A DNA stretch of 64,000 nucleotides. It comes from Penicillus capitatus (lineage: Eukaryota > Plantae > Chlorophyta). The DNA is taken from NCBI GenBank assembly GCA_965649825.1, contig OZ287701.1:175101-239100 (forward strand), given 5' to 3'. A program made the position numbers and the translations under genes. Position 1 is the first letter of the stretch; the number at the start of each line of letters is the position of its first letter. The notes below the pieces were generated by a model. It did no database searches and was not told the origin of the DNA. It saw nothing but the letters and a program-made list of their open reading frames with translations. Positions 13,831 to 27,189 of this stretch are shown here, piece by piece.

Positions 13831-14318
13831 GTTCTCGGTCTAGATGTTTCGTCGGGAAGTTGCCTCAGCGGAAATCCGGCAGATGCTGCGTGAAATGGCA
13901 ACTGGTTTCTCTGTCTTGGATGTCCCGGAGGGCGCAGATGTTGAGGTACCGTGCGATTTTCTTTTTAATCCAGGTTCGAGCGGGGGAGGCCTTGAGGTGC
14001 CTCGTGTCTGTTCGTTGCTGCCGTCTTCGCGCGGTTCTTCTCGGGCGTAAAGGGGCTAAGGCAGGGGTTCCGGTTCGTTTTGGTCCAGAACATGTGGTGA
14101 CCTAAGTTCAGCCAGTCTAGCAAGAGACACCGGATTCTGATGCTGTCCGCTTGAACATTGTGTCATTTCAGTGCCGTGTCTTTCGTTTGAAACGTCTGCG
14201 ATGTTTACCATGAGAATACCATTCATATGTTCGCCAAAAGATAAGCATAGGAGGTTAATATACCAAACAGCAAATGTGCAACCATTAGGTATGTTACAGC
14301 TCAAAATACTATCGAGGA

Positions 14319-14467
14319 ACCTCTGGCCTTCGAGGACGACTAATGAACACCTCTGGCCTTCGAGGACGACTAATGAACACCTCTGGCCTTCGAGGACGAC
14401 TAATGAACACCTCTGGCCTTCGAGGACGACTAATGAACACCTCTGGCCTTCGAGAACGACTAATGAA
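14319..14467. repeat. Minisatellite, 30-bp unit (taatgaacacctctggccttcgaggacgac), ~5 copies
   Basis: Read directly. Head-to-tail copies are identical except one substitution in the last copy; no spacers. Confidence 0.95.
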
Positions 14468-15371
14468 TAAGTTTTGCAATCATAGGGCGGTTTCTAATGA
14501 ATTCGCAAAGTATCTCTTGCCTGTTAGTAGCCAGCTAAGGTTAAGATTCCTTAATCGTATTTTTTAGGACGACACTCTTCCTATGAACAACTCGCGTTTT
14601 TTAATTGACTTCCGAGCGATTGATCACGCTTCTCGTTCTCCTTCACTTCGCCGTTGCAAAAAGCTTCATTCGTTACAGGATTCCCCTTTCAAAAACCAGA
14701 AACTACAACTCGGAGACTAAGACTAGAAAACTTTCCAACATAGAGCAGATTGACCGCCGACAAAACAACGGCAAAGAATTAGTTAATCGACGAACAGCTA
14801 TTCGCCCGAGGCTTGAACGCGCAATGTTGCCTCGCAAGCTCCCATGGATTAGTTGAACTCTTCTGTCGCCGCCACAAGCTTCGTCCATCAGTTAGCTACC
14901 TGATTCCCTAACGATCTCATCTCCCCCCGTCGCCATGGCCAATCAAAGTTTCAGCTCGTCTGACCTTTGAGTACACGTCGTCATGCCACCGCACTTGATT
15001 CGTGAACTGACAGTACCCTCGACGCATCTCCAACCTCGTGCATGCTTCCTATTTCTCACGCCTACATATAGATTTCGTTTTCAACGGTACAATCAGCGAT
15101 GCATGACTTTGCACTGAACTGTGTTACCACGTCTAGGGCCAAGAAGTGGGCCATCCAAGAATTCACGCAAGCGTATACGCAACGAATGCGTCGATCGCAG
15201 GAAGCTTGAGAAAATGTTGAGATAATGAATGCCTTATATTGCATTTATATGAAATAGATCAGAAAGTATATATGAGAGTGTTGAGGGTCAATCTGGAAAA
15301 TATCACATGCGCATCTTGGGCGGGTAAACAGTAATCAACCATTACTCAAATGTTTTAGCGAAAGGTCGTGC

Positions 15372-17695
15372 TTAAGTTTCGGTAGCGGGCCGCAAAAAAA
15401 TCGGGATTCTGCAACATCCAGGACAACGCGCGGCGATTCTGTGACGTAGACAAAAGATAATTGCTAGAAAGATAACACAGACAAGAACTAGTATGATCAC
15501 AAACCACGGCAACATTTCCCTTCCCAGTAACTTGAATTCGCTACGATTGGAACAACAGATCACGTCTTCCGTCGATCGGTACTCTCCCATCGGACAGACA
15601 ACATCGCTTGAAAGAAGATTTTCAACACCGGGAACGGGATGTATGGCATCCATAACTTCTTCCAGACGACAGAAATCAGCAGGAGGGACAGTGAAATAGC
15701 CTATCTTCGGTGTTGTCCTGACAGCACCTCCGCACGATTCTGCAGAATCGTACTTGCAGATAAAGGACGTATTTTCAGTGCAGGACTTTACGAAGAGATT
15801 CCTCATCACACCTCTGGTATCAATAGCAACACAGGGTTCTTCGTCTTCTGCAAAAAATGGTTCGTGCACTCCCCAGTACTTAAAGGAGTCATCCAAGATC
15901 GGCTCCCCGTGCGCGATCCACGCAAACAAATGACCCTTTAGTCGACTTGCGCCGACCCAGGATCCGTCTGTCTGTGCGAGCCTCGCCACAAAAGCGAGCT
16001 CGCCTTCATCCAAAATACTCACCAACTGTCCACCGTCCTCCACGCACAGCTCCTTCGCTTCCTCCCAATTGACTTCTTCAACGAACACCTTGTAGGCCGA
16101 ATCTCGAAACGGGAAGCATTTATTCTCGTCAATATCTCGGGCGAGGACCGTATCCGGGCACTCAGACATAGGATCCTGCGCCTGTCTATAGTTCTGTTGC
16201 TCGCAGGGAGTGATCTCTGTCGGAGTGCATTTTCTAGAACGGTCAATGATTGCATTAAGGGCTTGCTCCTGGGTAACGCCTCCTCGTTCCAGCTCATGGA
16301 GCCCAACGTCATGTCCAACCACGCCGAGGAACACATCTGGTGCGTTTTCTGATCCTTTGGCGAAGAATGGCATTGCCACTGTGGTGAGCAGCCCCAAACC
16401 ACCTTGATCAACGTAGGGCTCCACCCAGATAGGCAGCTCTGTCCTTCCGCCTGCGAAGTAGAGATAGTAGGAGTTCATGGCGTCGAAGGTATTGGTGTTC
16501 GGTCCAATAAACGACCAGGCTCCATTGTTGGCGCAGGCCAGTTGTCTTGGGATGGCGTCATCTGCTTCTTCGGTCATGGAGTAGGTGAAGATCGACGCTC
16601 TGGCGCCGGTCCTCTCCTCCAGTTTCCGCTGCATCTCGTTGACCGTCGAAGCCATCTGTGAGGGCTTTATGCTTTTCCTATCACGTCCAGTTGTATCCAT
16701 TCCATCCGTTAAGAACAGAATGACTTTGTGACAATGAGAGCATGAAATTTCTCCATCGCATGCATTTGTTAAGATGCGGAAAGCCTCTTCAAAACCGGCA
16801 GTAAAGTTTGTGCTGCCACCAGGTGTGACCTTGTCCATCTGGCCGTACAATTTTTCAATGTGTTCTGTACGAGCTCTCACAAGGTCAGAAAGTTTCCATA
16901 GGGGTTCGGCTTGATCGGAAAACACAACGACATTGACGAAATCCATCAGAGTAAAAGTTCCCAAGATATCCTTTACCGCCCGTCGAGCGGTGTTCCACTT
17001 GGGTTCTTTAGAATTTCCGGTCACATTGTTCATGGAATCAGATTTGTCAACGATCAGCACAATATCCTTCGGTCCAGTACTGGCCCCCATATACCAGGGC
17101 CGTTGTCGAGGGTCATAAAATGCACAGCTGCCAAGGGACTTGTCTTCATGTTCGCCCTTGCGCGGCCACGCGGACGACGGATAGGTACGAAAGTGTCCGT
17201 CTCTGGTACCTGTGTCAACACCAATCACATTCGGTGCATACAAACGGGTCTCTAACCTAAGTACAGCCAACCGTATTCCTCCTGGCCATAAATCCTTTTG
17301 AAGGTTTCATCGAGATTTTGATAAACACAAACGTCCTCTATCAAACTGCTGCTCAAGTTGTCAAAGTTCGCTCCAGGAGGTGTGAGGAAGTCAGACATCG
17401 TTCTGTCGACTCGTCGTCCAGACGCTTCGCATATCACCGGAGTCCCAAACTGTTTCGTGCAGGGGACATGCATGTAATCGTTCGAGCAACCATGCTTTGA
17501 ACATTTGCATGCGCGAACATGTTGAGTGCGTTCGGCATGCAGTGCGGTGGCACGTTGAGCGACAATCTTTACGACGCGTTCCTGCGACTCGACGAATTCG
17601 ACCAGTTTCTTCGGCATTATTGAACTTTGTGCATTGATAGTGTTGAGGATACAAGCGTACAAAGCCGCTAATAGAAAAGTAAGACAATGCTGCAT
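15372..17695 (-). CDS. Type-I membrane VWA/Cache/C-type lectin protein (copy 2, paralog of 6249-8588)
   Basis: Same domain order, same intron position (GWLYL|GTRDG) and long identical stretches (e.g. ADDAIPRQLACANNGAWSFIGPNTNTFDA). Signal peptide MQHCLTFLLAALYACILNTINA. Confidence 0.85.
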
Positions 17696-20177
17696 ACCAC
17701 AAGAGACAAAAACAAAACGACGACTCAGACGACGGGGACTGCGACACCGATAACTCAGAAGAGGTTAGACACGTGTGGTTGTTAGAGAACTGTTGGTGAG
17801 TTTATTTGAATCCGTTCTCACCACCGACATACGGACTTTCGGGCCAGAAGTACACGACAGTTGTGAATGTGGGAAAAGGCTGTGTTGAAAGCCGCCATAT
17901 CCATCCAGCCGCAGAAGCTGACGTCACATCGGATGCCTGATACGAGTTACTTGATTTACAACAGGGAAAGAGAAAGTTCTGGAGATAGATAATGAGAAAG
18001 GGCCCTTAAAGGTCGCGTATCTTTGTTTTGTTTGGCTGTTACCTGCAAATGAAAAGAAGCTATCGTACTGTGAGGATGTAAGCATTCGCTAAGAGAATTG
18101 AAAGCGTCACATGATGTTCATACTGTGCTGTCTACGGCGAATGCTCTATGAAGCTTGCTTTATTGAGAGAAAACCGCAAACGGTGTTTGGCAGAAACTCG
18201 AAATTCTCTTGATCTTCTGTGAAAGCTCTCTGCGCAATCATTGCTAACAGCATTGCCTTACATATTGTTTCAGAATGCTTCTCCTATGCTCAAGCAGTTC
18301 GCTTGATCGCCACCGTTTAAAATTGGTTGAATGTTATCGGTGGACATCTGTCCGGATCTCCTCCTCAGTTTGGCCTACATCCACTTTTGGGATATCATCG
18401 TACGGTGTTATAATAGCTTACCACCCAGCGCTCGCTTCTTGGTGAGCAGTATGGATGGAACAGAAAGTGGAGCATGACAGCTGACTGCTTATCAAACGAT
18501 ACGCCCTTCTGTTAAGAGCCGTCACGTCTGATTCGCTGTTTCTCTCATTCACACCTAGAGAATTCGGTAAGAATGGCAGCTCGGCATGTTTCTTATCCTT
18601 TATTGATATTCTTATATTCGACGTGAAAAATAGTTCACCGTACAAGGCACTTGATCATTCTGTTCCTCAAGATCGCCAGAGAAGCGTGATCTGCAAGAGA
18701 GAGCTATTCATGTATTCGTTTTCGTTGCGATTTTTTCTCTTGTGTATCAGAAAAAGTAATCGCAAGATGCCGACGTAGAGGCGCAAGGATGAATGACCTT
18801 TACGTGACTCTCGGACTTGTCCGAGCAACGGCGAGCATATCTGCGGTTGCTCGCGCACTTCGTTGTTTATAGTTCTAGCGACGTCACGTCCGACGCATTG
18901 GTTGCCGAACTCGCCGTCAACAACGGCTCGACTTCTGAAACGGACGCGAAAGCGGATATCTGTGTTGACCCGTCTCGAAAGAAGCGTGCACGCCTTTCCA
19001 GCGACGCGGCAATGAAAGAGGCATCGTCCATGTGTCTCCAAAAGCCTGTCGTAAGAAGGACATCGCCTGTCCAACAATCTCCAACAATCGTTCGACACCT
19101 CTGATGCTTCGAAAAGATACACACGAAAGCAAAGAACGCTCTATACCTTTAGAAAGAACCGGGCATCTCTTTGTGGCCCGTACGTTCACTTACGCATTCC
19201 TATCTGTCCCGGACAGGTGATGTTGCCTAGATTCATGTCGTCATTCAGAATGGCGGCGGAGTGTCAACAACGCAGCAAGAAATGAGAGAGAGGATACGCA
19301 AAGCAAAGCGATTCGACAAGGGACAGCCTGCGTGTTTCATTCAGGCAAAAGATCTCTAACGGTGAACTGCCCAGCGTCTGCCAATCACACACTGAGATAT
19401 ACAAGACGAGTCAGGCAGACAAAGGACAGAAAACCTGATGGAAGACATCCTCTTCTCGATCGTAGCCGCTCTTCTTTTTTACCCAGGTGATTGCGAAGAG
19501 ACCAGCAAATAGTTATTTCCAAAGAACGGCTCGCCAATAAACTCTCTTAGCAGAATCGATAAAGCCTCCGACACAGGCACAGGAGCTTCTTTTCAGTGTT
19601 CTCCTACAGTTGCCCCTGTCATGGTCAAACGGCATTGCTGTGAGACAGTATCGAACCCGATAACAGTCGTGTCATTTGCAGGGAGCCTTCCTTTCTTGAC
19701 AGATTCCTTTACAGCGTCCACAGGTGACTCTCTTCGGTGAGTTTGAGGATGAGGGAGCGATGATCCTTCGACATCACGGAGAAAGCCGTTCCATGCACCG
19801 GATAGAAACGTTCCATCTGTTATTTGTTGGTGTGCGGGAACATGTTTTGATGTGACGGCGGCGCAAGCGGATAAATGCGAAGAGACCGCTTTCGCTTCGT
19901 TCAGACGGAATCCCTCATTTGAAGCGCGGGATTCCTTGACAAATCGTTTCGCCATTCGAAAACTGCTCGAGCAGCATCTATCGCTTTTCTACAACATCTG
20001 CATCTTTGCTAGCGTCTGTCAGTAAGTACGCTAAGCTGTACATGGCGCAACGCCTCGCTACGTTCTAAACACTCGACGCGCGGCGTCGCGTTTCTTTTCT
20101 TTCGGCACTTCGCGTCGTGTGCGTCGCTCTTACGCACCGTCGCGGATCTCAAATGGCGGCGTTTTTGTCGTTTAGGC

Positions 20178-21640
20178 ATGAGTCGAGCACCTGATACGTC
20201 GCTCTATGATGGAGAAGCCTACGATAAAAAGATGACGGAATTGTACGTCACGACCACGACTGCGTCTTCCTTCTCATACGTGTGTTTAGTTTGGGCGGTG
20301 GCGAAGGGGAGCCATTCTACACGGACTGGGACGAATCATTTCAGTCCTTCGACCAGATGGAGCTGAATGAAGGACTCCTCCGTGGCATCTACGCCTACGG
20401 TCACACTTTTGTCTGTCGCAGCGTCAGGAGTGAGTATATTTCTGCGATGCAGGATTTGAAAAGCCCTCTGCGATTCAGCAGAAAGGCATCGTGCCTTTTA
20501 CGCGTGGTTACGATGTGATTCAGCAAGCGCAGTCTGGAACAGGCAAGACAGCCACGTTCTGTGCTGGAATTTTGAATAACTTAGACTACAACCTGAATCA
20601 ATGCCAAGCACTAGTCCTGGCTCCAACCAGAGAACTGGCCCAACAGATTGAGAAGGTCATGAGATCGTTGGGCGATTACCTTCAAGTCACATCACTCACG
20701 CATGCCGACACACATCTCCTAACGATCGCCCCTCCTTCCTCTCTATAGGTCAAGTGCCATGCGTGTGTGGGAGGGACGAGTGTGCAAGAAGATATGAGAA
20801 TCTTGGAAGCAGGGGTGTTGGTGGTGGTTGGTACACCGGGTCGTGTTTTTGATATGCTCCGTCGTCGAGCCCTCGTGGCAGATTTCATAAAAATCTTCTG
20901 TTTGGATGAGGCAGATGAAATGCTCTCCAGGGGATTCAAGGATCAGATCTACGACATTTTTCAATTGCTCCCTCCAAAGCTCCAAGTTGGCGTCTTTTCC
21001 GCCACCCTTCCACCGGAAGCATTGGAAATCACGAGAAAGTTCATGAACAAACCTGTTCGCATCTTGGTCAAGCGTGATGAATTGACGTTAGAAGGTATCA
21101 AGCAGTTCTACGTGAATGTGGAAAAGGAGGAATGGAAGCTGGATACGCTGTGTGACCTCTACGATACGCTTTCCATCACCCAGAGCGTGATCTTTGCCAA
21201 CACCAGAAGAAAAGTCGATTGGCTTACCGATCAGATGCGTCAAAGGGACCACACTGTATCAGCCACACATGGAGACATGGATCAGAACACCCGTGATGTG
21301 ATCATGCGAGAATTCAGGTCAATGACAATGTGTGGACAGAGTGTGATAAGTGTGAGAATGTGTTTGTCTGTGCAGATCTGGATCTTCTCGTGTGTTGATT
21401 ACGACAGATTTGTTGGCACGCGGTATCGATGTGCAGCAAGTGTCTTTGGTGATCAACTACGATCTCCCTTCGCAGCCAGAGAATTACCTTCATAGAATCG
21501 GTCGCAGCGGTCGTTTTGGACGCAAGGGAGTGGCCATCAACTTTGTGTCGCGTGACGATGAGGGAATGTTGAGAGACATCCAAAAGTTCTACAACACAGT
21601 GATCGAGGAATTGCCGCGCAATGTGGCCGATCTGATCTGA
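20178..21640 (+). CDS. eIF4A: Eukaryotic translation initiation factor 4A (DEAD-box helicase)
   Basis: Exons 20178-20242, 20290-20399, 20453-20685, 20749-21317 and 21376-21640 give 413 aa. Motifs [27 protein letters not shown] and [13 protein letters not shown] are all present. Confidence 0.97.
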
Positions 21641-22367
21641 TCGGATCGGCTGGGGTTTGGTTTCGATGGATCGCGCTCGTCTTCTGATGCAAATGAACCC
21701 CGTTCCGTTCGTTTCGTCCCATGTTGAACGTCATTTGGATTGCTCTATTATCTGTCGAGGGAGTTTTGGATTGCGCGCTTAACTTAACACAGCAGCAGCA
21801 TGAGCTTTGAAAACACAACTTGTGAAAAACGGGTTGAGAAAGTGACGATGGCTTTTGAATTGTGTGCTCTTGTCTGTCTCTGACCTTTCTGTGCAAACAT
21901 CGCGTCCGAACACACAAACAGCATCCAAAATTACACATCCTGTTGTTCATCCATCATTACGCATAACTCCTGTCCATGCGAATCAGAAACAAGGAGCATC
22001 GATCTTTCTGAGAATGCACTCAGAAACGATGCTTTGTAACAACCGCATTTCACCCCTCACTCACGGATTCATTCACAAAATCGATCGATTATTCGACTCG
22101 CAATGGAATGCTGCTAATTAAGGCAAGTATGACACGGAATGGCTTCCGTTGGCTTCTTCTTTTGCATAAGCGATTTCGAATCAAAAATGGCGTAACTCAG
22201 GTCATGCACTCATGATGAGGCATTTCTTGATGTTTACGTCGGTTAAAAAAGAAAGAATGGTTCTGCTGATGTCTAGCAGAGAGACCAATCATTTGATTGT
22301 GTGATGTGACGTTTATGTGATTGGTGGGGACAGAGGGCGATCGTTTGCAAACATACCCCTCCGTTTT

Positions 22368-24100
22368 TCAGTACATATCTAGCAAAATACGATCGATTCT
22401 CGCTCGGCAAATCGGACAGCGTCCATCTCTGTTTTCTTCTAGCCACAACTCAGCGCATTCTCTGCAGATGCATCGATGGGACCTAGAAACGCAATGCCTT
22501 GTGTGACAGCAGATGCGATCGATGGGAGGCTCACGATGTTCCGTGAACAAATCCAGCACGAATCGGCGCATCCATGCAGAGGACACACAAGTCGCCACCC
22601 GCTATCTGCAGGCAGCACTGCATTTTGTGGCAAGGGGAGGGAGGGTTCATGGATGACCTCGTCGTCGTAAGACAGCAAACTGTCTTCGTCATCACTCAGC
22701 GTCTGAGGTCGATTTCCGATATCGTCATCGGTCGTATATGGGTAGATGATGTGACGGGGGTCGTCAATGTACCGAAAAACGACGATCACGGATCCAGATC
22801 CCAGCCCATTCTGAACACACCCATACAAAGGCTTCGTCGACAATGAGATTCTCAGTGTCTTACCTCGGACAAAGATGCAGAGCGATCGTTGACTTTTCTC
22901 AAAGAATAGCCGCCGTCCTCTTCCACGTAGAAAGTGCAATACCTGGCGTCTGGATATTCGATCTTGTCAGCTAACTGCGAAAAAAGTTCGGAACATCTCT
23001 TCATTTCGTCTATAAGAATGTGCCCCGAAAATTCAAAACGCTCCTCTTGGGGAAGATACAATTTGCAAAAAATCAACAACGTATTCGGCGTGACCGGAAC
23101 CAACGCCTTTCCTTCTTGGCACTTTTCCAAGTAGAGTGTGATCCAGCACCCTCCACTGTTGTGGCAGATGTCTCCGAAACGTGCGTTTTCATCGACATCA
23201 TTCAGACAGCCCAGAATAGAGATCGTGCCATCGGCGTGGCGTTGGCAGCGCCAAAGGCGATAGTCACGATCCTACAGATGAGACGTCTCCAGAGACGTCG
23301 AATAAAGACAGATCTATCACCTCTGTCCAGAAAGGGTGAATTTTCTCGTTGTAGAAAAATAATCCCGATCTTCTTTGGACGTCAGAAGCAATGCCAGGAA
23401 GGCAGCCATCCTCTAAGTACTCCTTGATACTGTCACTTGATAGAATCTCGCGATTAATGGGATTGGTGTCATCACCCAACGTTAACGACCTCCCTGGGGC
23501 GAGATAGTTGGACCACGACGGCGACGGCGGCGCAACGTTAGAAACTCTGAACCAGATGGTGATAGCGTTGTCGACGCAGAAGCCAGCTTCGGGATGCGTC
23601 AGCACGTCGAACCTGATATTTTCCGTGTACCATGAGACGTGGTAAGGACATGAAAGACAGGCAACGTCTAAAAACGTGCGGCTAAAAGTAGTCGGTCGAA
23701 GATGTCTGAGGTCGAGACGTACTTGCAACGTAGCTCTGCGTGACATCTGCGTGGTTGAGGATACTAAAGGAGTAGGTCGCGTTTAGAGGCTGAGAATTTC
23801 GAGAAACGATGGCGATGCGGAGTTCCTCTGGCTCTCTAAGCAACGACATGCAACGGTACAAGACCATTTCCCTGCCAAGGCATCGCTTCGGAGCAGATCC
23901 GCGTCGTCCGATGCTCACCACTGAAGGCCATTTGTCTCAAGCAACGGCAAAATGGACACTTCTTCTCGGCGCAGAGCCTGTAGATTTAAGATAGTGACCT
24001 GCCATGCATCGTCGCGGTAGACGGCGAAGGAGTGGATGGAAATGATGCCCCTGGCCTCCGGTCGGTTGACGTGTCGTCTGCCGACAGACATTTCGCGTAA
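22368..24100 (-). CDS. MATH + USP7-like UBL + RING protein (paralog of 1-1647); 5' end uncertain
   Basis: MATH segment (LETNGLQW|...FDVLTHPEAGFCVDNAITIWF), UBL segment TLLIFCKLYLPQEERFEFSGHILI, and spliced RING CVLCMDAPIRAGFVHGTS|SHRCICRECAELW...CPICR ending at TGA 22368. Confidence 0.75.
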
Positions 24101-24807
24101 AGCAGCGCTTGTGAACGACGCGAAAGCAAAAACGCAAAAGGAGTGTCCGTGCCAAGTTGGCGGAACGACACGAATGATATTGATGAATGCTACGAGCGTT
24201 TTTGAGAAGAAATAGGCAGCATTCTCAAGAAGATGTTCCTTAAGAAACAAAAAGGATAACGTAATGCCACTGTACAGCACATGGACTGTCCAAACGGCCG
24301 ATGGAGTGCAGAGACAAGTTTCGACGAAGGCTACCGCGAGGCGTCAAAGCAAGAGCATAGCGATGATCCTTACGCGTTCCGTTTCACACATCGTCGGTTA
24401 TAAATCGGTGTTTAGCGTTAAAACGATGACCGTCTATGGCCGTTAAAGGCATGCGAATATCCGGTACCATTAGAGGATTCCGCCAACCCAGGCGTTTTCC
24501 TTGGCGTCTGGTCTTCTTCAAAGACCTTCACGTCGTTCTGGAAGCTAAAACAACGTCGAGGACGTCCTTCTTGGCAACCATCCGTGTCCCATCCGGCAAA
24601 TGCGAAGGACCCAACTCAATGTTCGGGATTCGCCTAAGTGAAAACGAACGAACAGACGAAAGCCTCTGAGGCGTAACTTAACAGCCGTGTCGACAGCAAA
24701 CGCAACAGGTTATTTGCTCCATCGTTATGGAAGGCATCGCCTTGACACAATATTAACAATGTCTCCGTAGATGTGGCCATTGACGTCGACGTCATTCCTT
24801 CCAAACC

Positions 24808-25248
24808 ATGGCAGATAATTCCGCTTTGGTCGTGTTTGAAGATGATCCCGAAGTCGTCCAGGAAATGCGACGACGGCAAGAAGAGGCAGAAGAGTTAGAG
24901 AAAAAACTCAAAGTGATTCAGGAGACCGTGCCAACACGCATTTTCAATGTCTGCGGTAGCTCCGCCGGAGCTGGCAGTGGAGATTTCCATCAGTATCGTA
25001 TGATACGACGACGTGAACAGGACAGACTCAAACGTATTGAAGAAGAAGCAGCTGAGGCGGAAGAAACGGAGAGAAAACAACGAAAATATGCGCTCTTGAA
25101 GAAAATGGATGAGATGCGGACAGCGAAGAAACGCGACAAGAGACAGAAGGCCAAGCTCAAGAAGAAAGCCAAACGCGAAAGTGCATCGAGAGAAACACAC
25201 TGTCCTGCGCCGCAGAACGATGAGCCATCGCTATCCATGCTGGACTGA
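24808..25248 (+). CDS. PRKRIP1: PRKR-interacting protein 1 / DUF1168 family (spliceosome-associated)
   Basis: Signature NVCGSSAGAGSGDFHQYRMIRRREQDRL followed by a Lys/Arg-rich coiled coil. Single exon. Confidence 0.9.
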   Translation: MADNSALVVFEDDPEVVQEMRRRQEEAEELEKKLKVIQETVPTRIFNVCGSSAGAGSGDFHQYRMIRRREQDRLKRIEEEAAEAEETERKQRKYALLKKMDEMRTAKKRDKRQKAKLKKKAKRESASRETHCPAPQNDEPSLSMLD

Positions 25249-25367
25249 CCGGAAATATTTCATTCATTACATCGTCTGTTGCTGTCGTGCACGAGTTGGA
25301 ACTGACGGTTATGTGTAAATCATACTACAGTGCCGCCTCAACATGGATGTGGCACTTGTCTGTTTGA

Positions 25368-26700
25368 TTACATGAAACTGTTAGGCCTTCGATGCTTAAC
25401 AAAGGTGCGAGTACAAGTCTGCAAGGTATGTGAGTGGCGAGACGCGTAGTTTGCTCCATTCTTCTGAATGTCAATCGAATAAGGTCTCCTGGCGAGAGGT
25501 GTTGAAATAGGTCCAGTTGGATTCTTTTGTCTTTGCCAGTATAGTGGTGTCAGCCGATGGATTCCCTTCAGATGTGACGGTTGTAGCTGGTTTAAGTTGA
25601 TTGACTTCTGTCGAGGTACTGAAAGGGGCGCCCATTGTCCATTGTGCTCCGATTCGGTATACACGTGATACCAGTTGTTGCTATCATTGCGAAGAGAGGA
25701 CAGATGCCCAAACTTGGATTCCATAGAAGAAGGTAGGAATTATGATTTCCTCGAAGAGTCCGGAGGATGATATACGGTGCAGTCCCGAATTGATAATGGG
25801 CGACACGTTTAACTTGGTTCATTCTTTTCCTCACCTTTGGAAAAGTCTTGCAAAAGTATTCTCGTAACGTTAAATGTGTGTCGAAGTGTATCCCGAGGTA
25901 GTTCAAAGAAGTCTCTGTTTGTAGATTATGTTCTCAAAACGAAATGTAAGGTTAAGGTCGTGATGCAGTCTTGTCAAGCAGACAAGGTGAAATCTTTCGG
26001 GTCTAAATTGGAGTTGGATGTTAGTGGCCCACTTCTCTAGTCCCACCAATGTTTGTTAAAAAGATCTCTGTCGCGAAATTCTTTTTTTTTGTTCTACGTA
26101 AGTTAAGGCGGCATCAGCTAATAACGACAAATGCGTTTCTTGTCTCAGGAAGGTATCTAGGGTGTCCATAACTGCCAAGAAAAGCAAAGAGCTTAAGACG
26201 GCTCCTTGGGGGAGTTTTTGCGTGAATGATACTTTCATTGTAGCATCGAAAGTGTCAATTACGCATTCCCGATCGTGTAAGAAGACGTCGATGACACCAA
26301 GCACGCGCGTTGGGGTTCCTTTGCGCTTTATAAGAGTGATCAGAATATCCGGGTTTGCTCGATCATAGGCCGATTAATTGTCTAGTGCTAGAACTAGTGC
26401 TGTAATGTTCTGTACTCGATCGGTAAACAGTTGCTTATAGGACTGGATGCACTTACAAAATAAGCTGTTCATTATATTATTATAACTGTGGTTTACATCG
26501 TGTCGCAGTAGACGTCGTTTACGCGTGAAACATTTCAGCAATAAGCATTCTGAAGAAATTTTCTGTTCACTCGACATGATTTCGGAGCGAGTCTTGTATA
26601 CCCTACTCCTCTTAGGTCTGAATCTACTTTGCACCAAGGCATTTTTGCAAAGAAACACGAACGAACATACAGGCATGAAGGAAACAACGTTTGGTCTTAT
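25368..26700 (-). pseudogene. Degenerate non-LTR retrotransposon (LINE) reverse transcriptase
   Basis: Fragments in different frames: LPQGAVLSSLLF (RT PQG motif), LLADAA (decayed YADD) and NYLGIHFDTHLT (RT thumb YLG motif). Multiple frameshifts and stops. Confidence 0.85.
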
Positions 26701-27189
26701 ACGAGGCTACGTACAAGGACAAGGAGAATACAGAAGCGTATACACATCAGCGGTCGAACGAGACTTACAACTTCAAGCGCTCTCTGTATCCGAGGAGAAG
26801 AAATCACTAGCAGTGGCGTTATACGGTACATGAAAAAGTTGCAATGGCATCATTCACAAGATGAAAGACATTCAAACTAACGGAAACGATCCAGGAGAAG
26901 ATCGTATGACGGACATAAGAGGGGAAAACGAAGAACACGCCGACCCCGTACGGAGAAGAGATTATAAGGCTGCACTGAGTATGCGAAAACAGTTGGTAGC
27001 TTCCAAATAAGATACTAGCCTAGACAATTCTGTGAACTGGCGGTTGTCTTGTTTTTCAACACAAAGAATGTGATAAAGGAAAAGGTGATGCTCGGTTATA
27101 TCAGGGCTCATCGAGTGGAGATTGCTTTATTGGCAATTGAGGGGCCTTTTGTCGTGCGCAATCCGTAACTGTTGGTCTAGCGCGCAACG

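Noticed and set aside
14319-14467. 30-bp repeats as a CRISPR array
   Set aside because: The copies are contiguous with no unique spacers, there are no cas genes, and the context is eukaryotic.
17900-19960. Possible hypothetical gene(s) upstream of eIF4A
   Set aside because: The short ORFs (18817-19104, 19593-19955) lack homology cues, and I could not join them into a model.
20178-21640. eIF4A-III (exon junction complex) as a fourth splicing gene
   Set aside because: The N-terminus and ending ([11 protein letters not shown]) fit cytosolic eIF4A1/2 better.
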